Origin: Chiloscyllium plagiosum
Taxonomy: Eukaryota
NCBI RefSeq assembly: GCF_004010195.1
Contig: NC_057750.1
Location: forward strand, 18,861,860-18,925,859
DNA: 64,000 nt
Reading direction: 5' to 3'
The notes beneath the pieces are model-generated. The model searched no databases, was not told the DNA's origin, and saw nothing but the letters and a program-made list of their open reading frames with translations. Below, in pieces: positions 24,003-38,368 of the stretch; positions within the stretch are counted from its first letter, which is position 1; every line of letters begins with the position of its first letter. Both the position numbers and the translations under genes were made by a program.

Positions 24003-27000
24003 CGTTTTTGATAAGGGATAACATTACAGCTGTGCTGAGAGATGGGTATTCCAGCAAATACATCCAGGGATGTTATTTGGGTGGAACTGAGAAATAAGAA
24101 AGAGATTATTACCTTATTGGGATTGTATTATAGACCCCCTAATAGTCAGAGGGAAATTGAGAAGCAAACTTGTAAGGGGATCTCAGCTATGTGTAAGAAC
24201 AATAGGGTGGTTGTGGTAGGAGATTTTACCTTTCCAAAAATAGACTGGGACTGCCATAGTGTTAAGGTTTTAGATGGAGAGGAATTTGTCAATTGTTGAC
24301 AAGAATATTTTCTGATTCAGTATGTGGATGTACCTATTAGAGAAGGTGTAAAACTTGACCTACTCTTGGGAAATAAGGGGGCAGGCGACTGAGGTGTCAG
24401 TGGGGAGCACTTTGGGGCCAGCGACCATAATTCTATTAGATTTAAAATAATGATGGAAAAGGATAGACCAGATGTAAAAGATGAAGTTCTAAATTGGAGA
24501 AAGGTCAATTTTGACGGTATTAGGCAGGAACGTTCGAAAGCTGACTGGGGGCAGATTTTCACAGGTAAAGGGATGGCTGAAAAATGTGAAGCCTTCAGAA
24601 ATGAGATAACAAGAATCTAGAGAATGTATATTCTTGTTAGAGTAAAAGGAAAGGTTGGTAGGTATAGGGAATGCTGTATGACTAAAGAAATTGAGGGTTT
24701 GGTTAAGAAAAAGAAGGAAGCATATGTAAGTTATAGACAGGACTGATCAAGTGAATCCTTAGAAGAGTATAAAGGCAGTAGGAGTACACTTAAGAGGGAA
24801 ATCAGGAGGGCAAAAAGGGGACATGAGATATCTTTGGAAAATAGAATTAAGGAGAATCCAAAGGGTTTTTACAAATTCATTAAAAACAAAAGGATAACTC
24901 GGGAGAGAATAAGGCCTCTCAAAGATCAACAAGACGGCCTTTGTGAGGAGCTGCAGAAAATGGGGAAGATACTAAATGAGTATTTTGCATCAGTATTTAC
25001 TATGGAAAAGGATATGGAAGATATAGACTGTAGGGAAATAAGTGATGACATCTTGCAAAATGTCCATATTACAGAGGAGGAAGTGCTGGATGTCTTGAAA
25101 CGCATAAAAGTGGATAAATCCACAGGACCTGACCAGATGTACCCTAAAACATTGTGGGAACTTAGAGAAGTGATTGCTGGGCATCTCACTGAGATATTTG
25201 TATCATTGACAGTCACAAATAAGGTGCCAAAAGACTGGAGGATGGTTAACGTGGTGCCACTGTTTAAGAAGGGTGGTAAGGACAAACCATGGAAATATAG
25301 ACCAGTGAGCCTGATGTCGGTGGTGGGCAAGTTGTTGGAGGGAATCCTAAGGGGCATGATATACATGTACTTGGAAAGTCACGGATTATTAGGGATAGTC
25401 AACATGGCTTTGTGTGTGGGAAATCATTTCTCACAAACTTGATTGAGTTTTTGAGGAAGTAGCTGAAAATGTGCTGCTGGAAAAGCGCAGCAGGTCAGGC
25501 AGCATCCAGGGAACAGGAGAATCGACGTTTCGGGCATAAGCCCTTTAACAAAGAGGATTGATGAGGGCAGAGCGGTTGATGTGATCTATATGGATTTCAA
25601 TAAGGTGTTCAACAAGGTTCCCCATGGACAATTGACTAGCAAGGTTAGATCTCATGGAATTCAGGGAGAACTAGCCATTTGGATCCAGAACTGGCTCAAA
25701 GGTAGAAGAGAGATGGTGGTGGTGGAGGGTTGTTTTTCAAACTGGAAACCTGTGACCAGTGCAGTGCCACAATGATCGATGCTGGGTCCTCCACTTTTTG
25801 TCATTTACATAAGAGGTAATGTTAGTCAGTTTACAGATTGGAGGTGCAGAGGACACTGAGGAAGGTAACCTCAGATCACAACAGGATCTTGACCAGGTGT
25901 GCCAATGGACTAAGAAGTGGCAGATGGAGTTTAGTTCAGATAAATTTGAGGTGCTGCATTTTGGGAAAGCAAATGTTAGCAGTACTTATACACTTAATGG
26001 TAAGGTCCGAGGGAGTGTTGCTGAACAAAGAGACCTTGGAGTGTAGGTTCATGGCTCCTATAAAATGTAGTCGCAGGTATATAGGATAGTGAAGAATGCA
26101 TTTGGCATGCTTTCTTTTATTGGTCAGAGTTTTGAGTACAGGAGATGGGAGGTCATATTGTGGCTGTACAGGACTTTGGTTAGGCTGCTTTTGAAATGTT
26201 GTGTGCAATTCTGGTCTCCTTCCTATCGGAAAGACGTTGTGAAACTTGAAAGGGTTCAGAAAAGATTTACAAGGATGTTGCTAAGGTTGAAGTATTTGAG
26301 CTATAGGGTGAGGCTGAACAGGCTGAGGCAGTTTTCCCTGGTGCGTCAGAGACTGTGGTGACCTTATAGAGGTTTACAAAATTATGAGGGACATGGATAG
26401 GATAAATAGCAGTGGTTAGCACTACTGCCTCACAGTGGCAGAGACCCGGGTTCAATTCCAGCCTCAGGCGACTGACTATGTGGAGTTTGCACGTTCTCCC
26501 CGTATCTGCGTGGGTTTCCTCCGGGTGCTCAGGTTTCCTCCCATAGTCCAAAGTTGTGCAGATAAGGTGAATTGGCCATGCTAAATTGCCCGCAGTATTA
26601 GGTAAGGGATAAATGTAGAGGCATTGTTGGGTTGCGCTTCGGCAGGTCGGTGTGGACTTGTTGGGCCGAATGGCCTGTTTACACACTGTAATGTAATCTA
26701 AAAAAATATAGACAAAGGTTTTTTTTTCCTCGGGTCAGGGAGTCCAGAACTGGAAGACATAGGTTGAGGGTGTGAAGGGAAAAACATTAAAGAGACCTAA
26801 GAGGCAACGTTTTCACACAGAGGGTGGTACATGTATTGAATGAGCAGCCAGCGGAAATATTGGAGGCTGTTACAATTGCAACATTTAAAAGGTATTTGAA
26901 TAGGTATATGAATAGGAAGTGTTTGGAGGGATATGGGCTGGGTGCTGGCAGATGGGGCTAAATTGGGTTCGTCATGGATGGATTGGACCAAATGATCTGT

Positions 27001-27042
27001 TTCCATGCTGTACAGCTCTATGACTCTATGACTCTATGATTC
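24003..27042 (+). mobile_element. CR1-clade LINE, near-complete degenerate ORF2 (APE endonuclease + RT), with nested SINE and PLE fragment
   Basis: GLYYRPPNS..VVVGDFTFPKIDW; KSTGPDQ..VPLFKKG..YRPVSL; IYMDFNKVFNKVPH; CVQFWSP; 3' tail (CTCTATGA)n at ~27016-27040. Confidence 0.9.
26409..26700 (+). mobile_element. HE1-like SINE nested in CR1
   Basis: GTGGTTAGCAC..GGTTCAATTCC, V-core, TGTAATGTAATCTA tail. Confidence 0.88.
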
Positions 27043-27148
27043 TCTTAAAATGGGTCCCCTTAAGGTAAAAGGAGAGAACTTATGCATAGAGCCAGAATAT
27101 GTAGGTGAAGTCCATGTTGAGTACTTTGCAATGGTATTCACAAAGGAG

Positions 27149-27354
27149 TTGAAACTTTATTGCTGGAACAGCATAGCAGGTCAGGCAGCATCCAGAAACA
27201 GGAGATTCGACGTTTCGGGCACAGGCCCTTCTTCAGGCCTGTGCCCGAAACGTCGAATCTCCTGTTCCCTGGATGCTGCCTGACCTGCTGTGCTGTTCCA
27301 GCAATAAAGTTTCAACTTTGATCTCCAGCATCTGCAGACCTCACTTTCTCCTAA
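27149..27354. mobile_element. Palindromic Penelope-derived mini-element, 11-bp TSD
   Basis: TSD TCACAAAGGAG at 27138-27148 and 27355-27365; empty site in the paralogous region at ~57965. Confidence 0.85.
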
Positions 27355-30300
27355 TCACAAAGGAGGATGACATGGTGGATGGTAAGTCTCAGAGAATCAC
27401 CAGTATATTGTTCCTTTATTAAAGAAGAGCAAGAGGTATAAGTCCAAAATGTTACAGGCCACTGAGCCTTTCATTAGTAACAGGGAAATAATTGGAGAAA
27501 AGTCTTAAGGATAGCATTTACTTACCTTTTGAAAAGAGTTTTCTTTTTATGAAGAAAGATTGAGACAGAGGTGTCCGCTCAAAGCCCCAAAAATAAAAAG
27601 TATGTGAAACGTTGTATTTTTTTTTAAAGTTGGAACAATAAAAGCAGCCTGAATGTGTGGGTCCACGATCTGAAACAATTAGAATTATTAGTTTAACTTT
27701 CAGGAGCTGTTGCTGGGATCTTGAATCCGGAAGTGAAAATTCTTATGCCTCTGTTTATTACAGCTAAAAGCTGGGGGTTCTCTTCCTGCTGCTAGATATG
27801 CATGTGAGACAATAAATATTACTGAATTTGTCTTTGCAAGGGTGTATTTATAGTTTGTTACTACGTTGAAACAGTTAATGAGTAGTTCATTATCTTGTTA
27901 AGCATTTCAATGTTTTCAGTTTAGTCAATTCTTTTCTTTTGTTGTAGTTCGTCTGTATTTTAATTGTAATATCTAAGTAAAGTGTTTTGCTTTAGCGCAT
28001 AGTGTTGAACACTTGAATTTTGCCAGAATACCTGCCCCTTACCTTTAAAATAAAGAAGTTATTGTCTCGGCTATCTCCTTGTTAAGTTTTGAGGGTGTTT
28101 ACTCTGGTCCATAACAATAGACAGAGTAGATTTGTGTAGGGAAGTTTGTATTTCACAAATTTGGCTGAGTTTTGTTTTGAAGAAGTGTTAAAGATGATTG
28201 AGGGCTCAGCGATGGATATTGTCAATAAGGGATTGAGCAAGGACTTTGACGAGTTGGTAGGCTGATACAAAAGGTGAGGTCACATGAGATCTGCAGTGAG
28301 CTCGTACGAATGATATAGAACTGGCTTAGTCATAGAAGACAGAGAGTACCAGTGACAGGTTGTTTTTATGTCTGGAGATTTGTGACCAGTGATGTTCTGC
28401 AGGGATCAGTGCAGAGAACCCTATTGTTTGTAATACATATATAAATGATATGGAGGAAAATGTTGTTTGCCTGATTTCTAAATTTGTGGATCGCACAAAG
28501 ATTGAGACAGCTGCAGAAATTAAGAAGTACTGTCAGAGGATACAGCAGGATGTAGATAGGCTGGAGAAGTTGGCAGAGAAATGGCAGATTGAGTATAATC
28601 TGGAACACGTGAGATGATCATATTTTGGAAGTATACAATATACGGCAGAACTCTTTATAGTATCAAAATACAGAGGGATCTAGGCCTACAGGTCCACAGT
28701 TCCCTGAAAGTGGCAACATAAGTGGATAAGATGGTCAAGAAGCAGATTGCAGGTTTGCTTTCATCTGTTAGGGTATAGATTATAAAAATTGGCAAATCCT
28801 GTTGCTGTTGTATAGAACTTTAGTTTGGCATATTTCAAATATTGTATACAATTCCAGCCACCACAACATTAGTATGATGTGGAGGCTTTGGAGAGCGATA
28901 TGGACCGTGTAGAAGCAAAGATTTTTAGTTTAGAAAGATATAATGTGTCACTGCAGTCTTGCCAGGCGGAAAGACCTGTTCCTGTGTTGCCGTATTCTTT
29001 TTATTATATTGAAGCTTTTTATACAATGATACAAACATATGTTACACAAACGCAAGGTAAAGTGTTAAAAAAACTTTTATTGAAGCTTTTTGTCCAAAAA
29101 AATGCTTTAACAAAACTTGGAAAAATATTGACAAACTGCAACTTGTGGAACTATTTAAAACTTCATTAATGATTTTGTTGAAGGACCAATTGTTGCAGTC
29201 AAATACAAGGATAGGAAAGCACGCTGTGAGGAAGGACACAAGCAGTCTGCAAATAGATAAAGGTAGGTGATGTGGCTGAGTAAACTTGTTGGAAGGTAGA
29301 GTGTGATGTGGAAAAATGCAAGTTTTAGATTTTATCAAGAGACATAGTGTCGGAGAGACCTGACCAGGACCAAATTTCAGGAGGCAGCTGGCTTCAGCAC
29401 ATAGCTGTTTATTCAAACATTACCGGTATCATATAGGGAAAGGCACTCGAGATCTCCACGCAGCACTGTGTCAAATGTACTTTACCCTCGTGCAAGGAGA
29501 TTTTCAGTGCATACATTTTCCTTGTCCCTCTCTGAAATCACTGTGCATATCCACTCCACCTGTATAGAATTGGTCAATAGTGCTGGGTTGTCGAACTGTG
29601 ATTGGATCCTTGGTAACTCATTCCATGTCAACAATTTGTTTGCTGGTGTGTGTTTAACTGCCAATTAATTAGATAATTATCCTTTAAATTTCTCATTGTA
29701 GGGAAAGCAAAAGAATGTTGATTTTTGATCATGTCCAACAAACTTTTTTGGTTATATCTAATATTAGATTGCTTTAAGCTAACAAGTTGTGTCTCAATGT
29801 GTTCATTCAATCCACAGTCCAATGTCTGATCATCCCTCTCTTCCCTGAAATGATGAAAGGTGCTGGTGGGTGGGCAGCTTCTATTGCCTGAAACTGGTTT
29901 GACACTTCACTCTCTAATGCTTTTAGTGACCTTTTTGTTCATACGTGGATCCATAATTACTTTTGAATCTATACCTATGATTATCTGAAGGTTCTTAACT
30001 ATTACTTACTCTCAGTATTGTATTAGATTGATGAAATAATTCAAGATAAGCAAGTAATTATTGTGAAATTTTCTTATTATGTAAGCCACTGCAGTTGCAC
30101 ATTCCATCCCAGCTAGTAGCCTTCATTACACAGACCTGCTATTGTTCCACATTGTGGAGACTACATTAAGAAAATATTTCCAAACCTCCCTAACTACTGT
30201 CAGCCATGTCCTGCAGAGCTAGAGGGGCAGCTGTCAGCCATTTTGTACTGCTCAGTTATGGGAATCCTTAATAAATGCAAAAATAGCATAGAATTAGGGA

Positions 30301-31091
30301 GACTGAAAAATGTTGCAATACAGAAGGTTCTGGGGCTCCTCGTGCTTGAGCACGATCACAAATATAAGTTTGTGTGGGGGAACAACAAGGAAATAAGAAG
30401 GCAAATGGAATGTTGCCCTTTGTTATAAGAGATACAGAGTTTTGCTGGGGAAGCTTTGCTGTAACTGTACAGGACATTGGTGAAACCACTTCTAGAATAT
30501 TGTGGAGCGTTTTCCTTCCTTTATTTAAGAAGGGATGCATTTACTTTGGAGGCAATTCAAGGAAAATGCACTAGGTTGATTCCGGAGAGAACAGAGCTGC
30601 CTTATGAGGAAAGGTTAGTGGGTTGGGTCTATAATCATTGGAGTTGCAAAGAATGAGAGGTCATTTTGTTGAAATGTATAAGGTTATAGTGGGACTTGAG
30701 AGGATAGATACATAGAACAAGATGTTTCCCTCACAATAAGAAATCTAGAACTGGGAGCTAATTTCAAAACACTTGTCATTGAGGCGAGGAATTGTTTGTG
30801 TCTCTGTCATTAACCTTTGGAATTCACTTCCCCTGAGAGCAGTGATGGCTGCCTCATTGAATAGATTTGAGGCAAAATTGGATATTGGATTCACAAGGAA
30901 GTCAAGGATTATGAGGTGGAGGAGTTGGTGTTGGACCAGGGTAGACCAAGTTAAAAATCACACAATATTCCAACAAGTTTATATGGAAACACTAGCTTTC
31001 AGAACGCTGCTTCTTCATCAGGTAGTTATGAAGCAGGACCATGAGACATGGAATGTAGAGCAAAAGGTTACTGTATTATGCAACTGAAATG

Positions 31092-34000
31092 ACACACAAT
31101 CATAGAGATAGAGAATAGACAATAGACAATGGGTGCAGGAGTCGGCCATTTGGCCCTTTTAGCTAGCACCACCATTCATAATGATCATGGCTGATCGTCC
31201 ATAATCAGTATCCTGTTCCTGCCTTATCCCCATAACCTTTGATTCCACCATCTCGAAGAGCTCTATCCATATCTTTCTTGAAAGTATCCAGAGACTTGGC
31301 CTTCACTGCCTTCTGGGACAGACCATTCCATATATCCACTACTCCCCGGTTGAAGAAGTTTCTTCTCAACTGTGTTCTAAATGGTGTACCTCTTATTTTT
31401 AAACTGCATCCTCTGGTTATGGACTCACCCATCAACGGAAACATGCTTCCTGCCTCCGGAGTGTGCAATCCATTAATAATTTTATTCATCTCAATCAGAT
31501 CCCCTCTCATTCTTCTAAACTCAAATGTATACAAGCTCAGTCGCTCCAATCTTTCAACATATGATATTCCTGCCATTCCGGGAATTGACCTCGTGAACAC
31601 ACACTGCACTCCCTCAATAGCCAGAATGTCCTTCCTCAAATTTGGAGAACAAAACTGCACACAATGCTGTAGGTGTGATCTCACCAGGGTCCTGTGCAGC
31701 TGCAGAAGGACCTCTTTGCTCCTGTACTCAATTCCTCTTGTTATGAAGGCCAGCATGACATTAGCTTTCTTCACTGCCTGTTGTACCTGCATGTTTGCTT
31801 TCATTGACTGATGTACAAGAACACCTTGATCTCGTTGTACTTCTCTTTTACATAACTTGACTCCATTTAGATAGTAATCTGCTTCCTGTTCTTGCCGCCA
31901 AAGTGGATAACCACACGTTTATCCACATTGAACTGCAAAGGCTTTCTGAAAGTCCAAATACACCACACCCACTAGCTCTTCTTTGCCCATCTTCATAGTT
32001 ACATCCTCAAAAAATTCCAGAAATTAGTCAAGCACGATTTCCCCTTCCTAAATCCATGCTGACTCTGACCTATCCTGCTACTGCTATCCAAACGAGGCAT
32101 ACTTTCATCTTTTATAATTGACTCCAGTATCTTTCCCTCCACTGACATCAGACTAACTTGTGTGTAATTCCCTGTTTTCTCTTTCCCTCTCTTCTTGAAA
32201 AGTGGGACAACATTAGCCCCCATGCATTCCGCAAGAACTGATCCTGAATCGATAGAACATTGGAAAATGATTACCGATGCATCCACGATTTCTAGAGCCA
32301 TTCCCTTAAGTACCCTGGGATGCAGACCATCATGTCCCGGGGACTTTCAGCCTTCAGACCCTACAGTCGATCCAAAACCATTTCGTGCCTAATATAAATT
32401 CCCTTTGGCTCATCCATTACCCTCAGTCCTTCAGTCACTATTGCATCTGGAAGATTGCTTTTGTCTTCCCCAGTGAAGACAGATCCAAGGTACATATTAA
32501 ACTCTTTTCCATTTCCTTGTTCCCCATAAAAAATTACCCATTTCTGTCTTCAAGGGCCCAATTTTAGTGTTAACCTTTTTTTCTTACTATCCTCCTTTAT
32601 ATTGTTGATGAATTTGCCTTTGTATCTCATTTTTTCTCTGCATATTGCCTTTTTAGTTATCGTCTGTTGCTCTTTAAAGGTTTCCCAGTTCCCCGGCTTC
32701 GCGCTGATATTTGCTATGTTATAGTTCTTCTCTTTTATCTTTATACAGTCCTTAAATTCCCTCGTCAGTCGTGGCCACCCCTGGCTCCCCTTAGGATCTT
32801 TCTTCCTCTTTGGAATGAATCGATCCTACACCTTCTGCATTATATACAGAACACTGTTGTTCCACTGCCATCCCTGTTAGGATATTGAACCATTGACCTT
32901 TGGCCAGCTCCACCCTCATAGGTCCATAGTTCCCTTTGTTCAACTGCAACACTGACACGCCCGATTCTCCCTTCTCCTTCTCAAAGTGCAGTTTAAAACT
33001 TACCAAATTATGGTCACTACCTTCTAATGTTTCGTTTATCGAGGTCCCTGATCAAATTTGGTTCGTTGCACAACACCAGATCCAGAATTGCCTTCTCCCT
33101 GGTAGGCTCCAGTACAAGATGTTCCAAGAATCCATCTCGGAGGAACTCCACAAACTCCCTTTCAGTATCGTCCTGATTTTTCCAGTCTACTTGCATGTTG
33201 AAATCCCCCATAAAAACTGTAATAATACCTTTGCCACAGGCCAATTTGAACTCTATATTCAACTTACACCCTACATCCAGACTACTGTTTTGGGGCTTGT
33301 AGATAACTCCAATTAGGGTCTTTCTACCCTTAGAATTTCTCAGCTCTATCCATACTGACTCTACATCTCCTGATTCTATGTTCACCCTCGCAAGGGACTG
33401 AATATCATTCCTCACCAACAGGGCCACTCTACCCTCTCTGCCAGTCAGTCTGTCCTTTTGATAGCACGTATAGCCTTGAATATTCACTTCCCAGGCCCTG
33501 TCCACTTGAAGCCACGTCTTAGTTATCCCCATAACATTGTAACTACCAATTTCCAACTGAGCCTCAAGCTCATCCTCCTTACATCTTAAGCATCATGCAT
33601 TCATATATGATATTCTTAATTTGTTACTCCCCTCACCATTCCTATCAATCACTATTTTACTTGACCATCCTGTATGATCCCTTCGTGAATTTTCTGCTCC
33701 ATTGATTCTGCTGTCTTTCTTAACTTCTCTTATTCTCACTCTCCCTTGAAGTTCCTTATTAAAATTCCAGTTTGCCTCCCGCCTCCCACCCCCCCACAAC
33801 CCCCACACACTACCTAGTTTAAATACCCCTGTGTTGCAGTGAAAAACCTGTCTGCCAGAATGCTGTCCCCCACTTATTAAGGTGCAACCTGCCCCTCTTG
33901 TATAATTTACCCTTACTGCAAAATATACCCTAGTGATCCAAGAATTTAAATCCTTGCTTCCTGCACCAGTTCCTCAGTCACACATCGAAGTCCATTATTT

Positions 34001-34428
34001 CCCTATTCCTGTCCTCTGCAGCCCAAGGAACTGGAAGCAAAACAAAGATAACCACCCTGGAACTGCTGCTTTTCAGCGTTCTTCCAAGTTCTCTGAAGTC
34101 CCACTGTAGAATGTCCCTCCTCTTCTTCCTGAAGCTATTTGTGCCAACATGCATCACCACCTCTGGTTCTTCACCTTCGCCCTTGAGAATTCTCTGCACT
34201 CTATCGGTGACGTCCTGGATCCTGGCACCAGGAAGGCAGCACACCATCCTCAAATCCCGCCTGTTGCTGCAGAAGCCCCATTCAGTCCCTCTCACCATGA
34301 AGTCCACTATTACCACGGATCTGCATGATGTGTGACTCCTCGGGTCTGCCTCCACGCCAATTTTCAATTGGCAGAACTGTCCGTCTCTCTGACTGGCCAT
34401 GTCATCTGTCTCGGCAGTTTCCAGCACA
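31092..34428 (-). mobile_element. CR1-clade LINE with ORF1 esterase (SGNH/GDSL-like) and internally deleted ORF2
   Basis: ORF1 VCCLPGARIQDV..VMHVGTN (33978-34505 frame); EN MGITKTWL..MGDFN..AILDLVL; RT VVPLFKK..QSQHGFRKGKSCLTN; C-terminal CVQFCSP; (ATTGTCT)n-like tail at ~31110-31130. Confidence 0.88.
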
Positions 34429-34429
34429 G

Positions 34430-34882
34430 GTTTACAGAATGGAAATAAACCCTTTGGTCCAACACGTCCATGCCGACCAGATATCCCAACCCAATCTTGT
34501 CCCATTTGCCAGCACTTGGCACACTTCCTTCTAAATCCTTCCTATTCATATACCCATCTGGATGCCTTTTAAATGCCGCAATTGTATCAGCCTTAATCAC
34601 TTCCTCTTGCAGCTCATTCCATACATGCACCACCCTCAATGTGAAAAGTTGCCCTTTCGGTCCCTTTTATATTTTTCCCCTCTCACCCTAAATGTATGCC
34701 CTCTAGTTCTGGACTCACCCATTCGAGGGAAAAGACTTTGTCTATTTATCCTATCCATGATCCTCATGATTTTATAAACCTCTATAAGGTCACCCCTCTG
34801 CCTCTCATGCTCCAGGGAAAACAGCCCCAGCCCTATAGCTCAAATCTTCCAATCTTGGCAACATGTTTGTAAATCTTTTCTG
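34430..34882 (-). mobile_element. 3' fragment of a second CR1 subfamily
   Basis: RVVHVWNELQEEVIKADTIAAFKRH C-terminus and CR1 3'UTR (GGACCAAAGGG..TTTCCA). Confidence 0.8.
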
Positions 34883-34892
34883 AACTGAAATG

Positions 34893-35740
34893 CAAATGAG
34901 AGGGCGTGTGTTTGTATGTTTGGTGAAGTGTGTGTGCGACTGTGATGGGGTATAAGCCTGTAAGACTGCATGCATGGGTATGAGTTTGGGGTGAGTGTGT
35001 GTGTCTGTATGAGAGAGAGCATGTGTATGAGAGAGGGCATGCGTGAGTGTGTATGTGTGCTTGTGTGTGTGAGAGAGAGAGAGAGAGAGCGCGCGAGAGA
35101 GAGAGAGAGAGAGAGAGAGAGTTTACAGTGTAGTGGGGTCACCTGTAGTGTGACATAAACCCAAGGTTCTGGTAGAGGCCATCCTCATGTGTATTGAAAT
35201 TGGCTTTCAGCCTCTGCTCAGCCTTTACATTGTTGCCCGTCTTGAAGTCCGCCTTGGAGGACGGTCACCCAAAGATCCAAAGCCGAATGTCCCTAACCAC
35301 TGAAACGTTCCCCAGCTGGGAGGGAACATCCCTGACAGGTGATTGTGGTGCAGTGTCCATTCATCCGTTGTCTCACCAATGTGTCATGCCTCGGGGTATC
35401 CTTGCCTGCAGCGTATGGGGTAGACAATGTTGGCTAAGTCACATGAGTACCTGCCGTGTACATGGTGGGTAGTCTCTACGTGTAATGTTGGTATCCATGT
35501 CAACTCTGACACATCTTGTAGTGATTGCCATGACAGGGTTGTACAGTGTTGTTGTCAATGTCCCGAAGGCTGGGCAGTTTGCTGTGAAGAATGATCTGTT
35601 TAAGGTTTAGCAATAGTTTAAAGGCGAGAATTGGAGGCATAAAGAGGGTTTTGTCGAGGTGCTCATCCTCAGCAATAATATGTTGTAGGTTGAAAAGAAA
35701 ATGACATGATTTTTCAACTCCCGGTAACTGCTGGACAACT
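34893..35740 (-). mobile_element. Penelope-like element relic (GIY-YIG part); its 3' end continues at ~30930-31091
   Basis: LQHIIAEDEHLDKTLFMPPILAFK, QPCHGNHYKMCQ and YSCDLANIVYPIRC..IGET motifs; hammerhead-like CTGATGA..GAAAGCTA near 31000-31022 (minus). Confidence 0.7.
35040..35120. repeat. (GT)n/(GA)n microsatellite
   Basis: Direct reading. Confidence 0.9.
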
Positions 35741-37069
35741 TATAAATATTAAGGACAAAGTGGAAATTGGAATTAAGGTCTGACTGACAAAAAAAACCTC
35801 TCCTTAAATGCAAATGATTCATTGTGGAATGTCAAAAAAAACCAGTTATCTCCTTAAGTTCCATAGCCAAGGGGGAAAAAAGTAGCTTGTGCAAACTATT
35901 TCAAGATTTAAATATTTAGCAATGAAACGTAATAACTAGGAATAAGAGTATGTGATTCAAAACTTTAAACCTGCTCTGCTATTCATTATCCTCATGGCTG
36001 ATCCTTTCTCTTAATGCCCTATTCCCGGTTTCTCTCCAGATCACTGATGCCTTTAGAATAAAAAAAAACTATTTCTTGAATATATTCAGTAACTTAACTT
36101 TCACATTGTTCTGTGGAGAGTACAGATTGATTTGTTGATTTCTGGGAAGAGGACCCTAGCAGATACAAGAAGTGATTATTAGAAATAACTATGAGGCCCG
36201 GGTTTAAGGCCCATCCGCTGTAGGGTAGTGTAATAATGTCTCTGGAAAGGTTGATTAGAAAATATCTTGAGTAGTATTGGACAGGATAAGCATCCACAAT
36301 GCTGACCCTCCCAGTATAACATGGTATTCTGTTTACTGTTTGACAGAATGGAATTCCTAATGAATATGTTGCTCTCGTAATGACTTTGATTGCATTTTGT
36401 TTTCCTAGGCCATCTTCCTCGTAATTAAGATCGTCTGACAGGCTATTCTCCTGCTGGGATAGGAAAACACATTTATTACAATACATCTTCTAGTCACAAT
36501 GAGATTGCAAGAAATCATATATTTGCTCACCTATCAACAAGCTGTCATTTGTACCCTCTAGTGCCTGACTAGCTGCCTCATTTAAGCATCAAATCAAATA
36601 ATTGTTTACAACAATTCTAAAACCTTTCTTTTCAAATGGTCTGAATACTTTGTTGTCCCATCTAAATTCAACTGAAACTACAACTATTTCATGAAGTATC
36701 CGATTCTTTGTTCAATGTACATTACGAGATGCCCTTTACGATGAACATTTGTTTAAAACTTCCTTCAGTAATTTCCCAATTCTCTTAGCTGTTGCAAAAT
36801 GTCTATCAGTCATTTGTTGCTGGACTTTCATCCTCATCTGTTGATTTCACTGCAATTTTACAAGGAATATTGTCTATCTATGCTATGTTTGCTGTCTTTC
36901 AGAACGTGCAAAAATACTTCAGGGCATTTAGGCCAAGTAAGTTTACATTTTTCTTAAAACCAATCAATTCTTGTCTTTGTATCACAGGAATCAGCTGTCC
37001 GTGTTCCTCCATGTATATAGTGTTTCTCCACCGTCCTGATTCGACAACAATGCACAGTTTTGAAAAAAG

Positions 37070-38368
37070 GAGGAAGTGAGGACTGCTGGTGCTGGAGATC
37101 AGAATCGAAAGTGTTGTGCTGGAATAGCACAGCAGGTCACGCAGCATCCAAGGATCAGGGAGAATCGACGTTTCAGGCATAAGCCCTTCATCAGGAATTT
37201 GTCTTGTGGGCTAGGGGAGGGTGCGAGGGGGCTTGGGGGGTAGGGAATCTAGCTAAGAATGCAAAGAGAAAGATGAAGCTGGTTTAGAAGGTGATAGGTT
37301 GAAGAGGAGGGTGGAGTAATTCAATGGGAATGGTGATGGACAGTTCACGAGGGCAGTGCTCAGTTGGAGGCTTGGGATTGGGATAATGTGGTGAGAGGAG
37401 AAATGAAGAAACTGGTGAAATCCACATTGATCCCACGTGGTTGCAAGGTCCCAAGACGGAACATAAGGCATTCTTCCTCGAGGCATCGGCTGGTAATGGT
37501 TTGGCAATGAAGGAGGCCGAGGACCTTCATGTCCTTGGCAGAGTGGCAGGGGAAGTTGAAGTGTTCAGCCATGGGACGCTATGGTTGGCTGGTGCGGGTG
37601 TCTCAGAGATGTTCTCTGAAATGATCTGGACGTTGGTGTTCTGCATGATGTAGAGGAGACCACGTCGTGTGCAATGGATAGAGTAGATGGCATTGGTGCA
37701 GGTATAGTTAAATTACTGTCGGATCTGGAAGGATACTTTGGGGCATTGGATGAAGGTGAGGGGGGAGGTATGGGGGTGCATGGTGTATGGGCTGGTGGGG
37801 GGGTGGGCGTCAATCTGAGTTATGGAGGGAATGGTCTCTCCAGAAAGCTTTAGGGATTGGGAGGGAAATATATTTCTGGTGGTGGGGTACATTTGTAGGT
37901 GGCAGAAATGGCGGGGGATGATGCAATATATACAGAGTTTGGTGGGATTGAAGGTGAGGACCAGGGTGGTCTGTCCTTGTTGGCCAAGGTGGGGTTCAAG
38001 GGCGGACGTGCTGGAAGTGGCGGAGATGCGCTGGTGGGCGTCGTTGACCACATGGGAAAGGAAATTGCCATGTTTGAAGAAGGAGGCCATCTGTGATTTT
38101 CTATGGTGGAATCGGTCGTCCTGGGAACAGGTGGAACAGCGGTGGAGGAATTGGGAATAAGGGATGGTATTTTTACAGGACGTAGGGCGAGAGGAGGTGT
38201 AGCCTAGGTAGCTGCCTTTCTCCCAACCACATCCCCCCCTCCCATTTATCTCTCAGTTCCCCGGCCACAAGTGTCATCCCTGATGCAGGGGTTATGCCTG
38301 AAACATCAATTCTCCCTCTCCTCGGATGCTGCCGCACCTGTGCGCTTTTCCAGCACCACACTCTCGAC
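37070..38368 (-). mobile_element. Penelope-like retroelement, 5'-truncated with inverted pseudo-LTR
   Basis: Frameshifted ORF pieces MASFFKHGNFLSHVV...LVLTFNP...RHFCHLQ and AEHFNFPCHS...LEEECLMFRLGTLQPRGINVDF (PLE C-terminal GIY-YIG region); inverted terminal arms with CTGATGA..GAAAC. Confidence 0.8.

Noticed and set aside
24834-25442. 202-aa ORF and other 100-200-aa ORFs (31205-31804, 33017-33556, 33978-34505) as host genes
   Set aside because: They are fragments of CR1 ORF1/ORF2.
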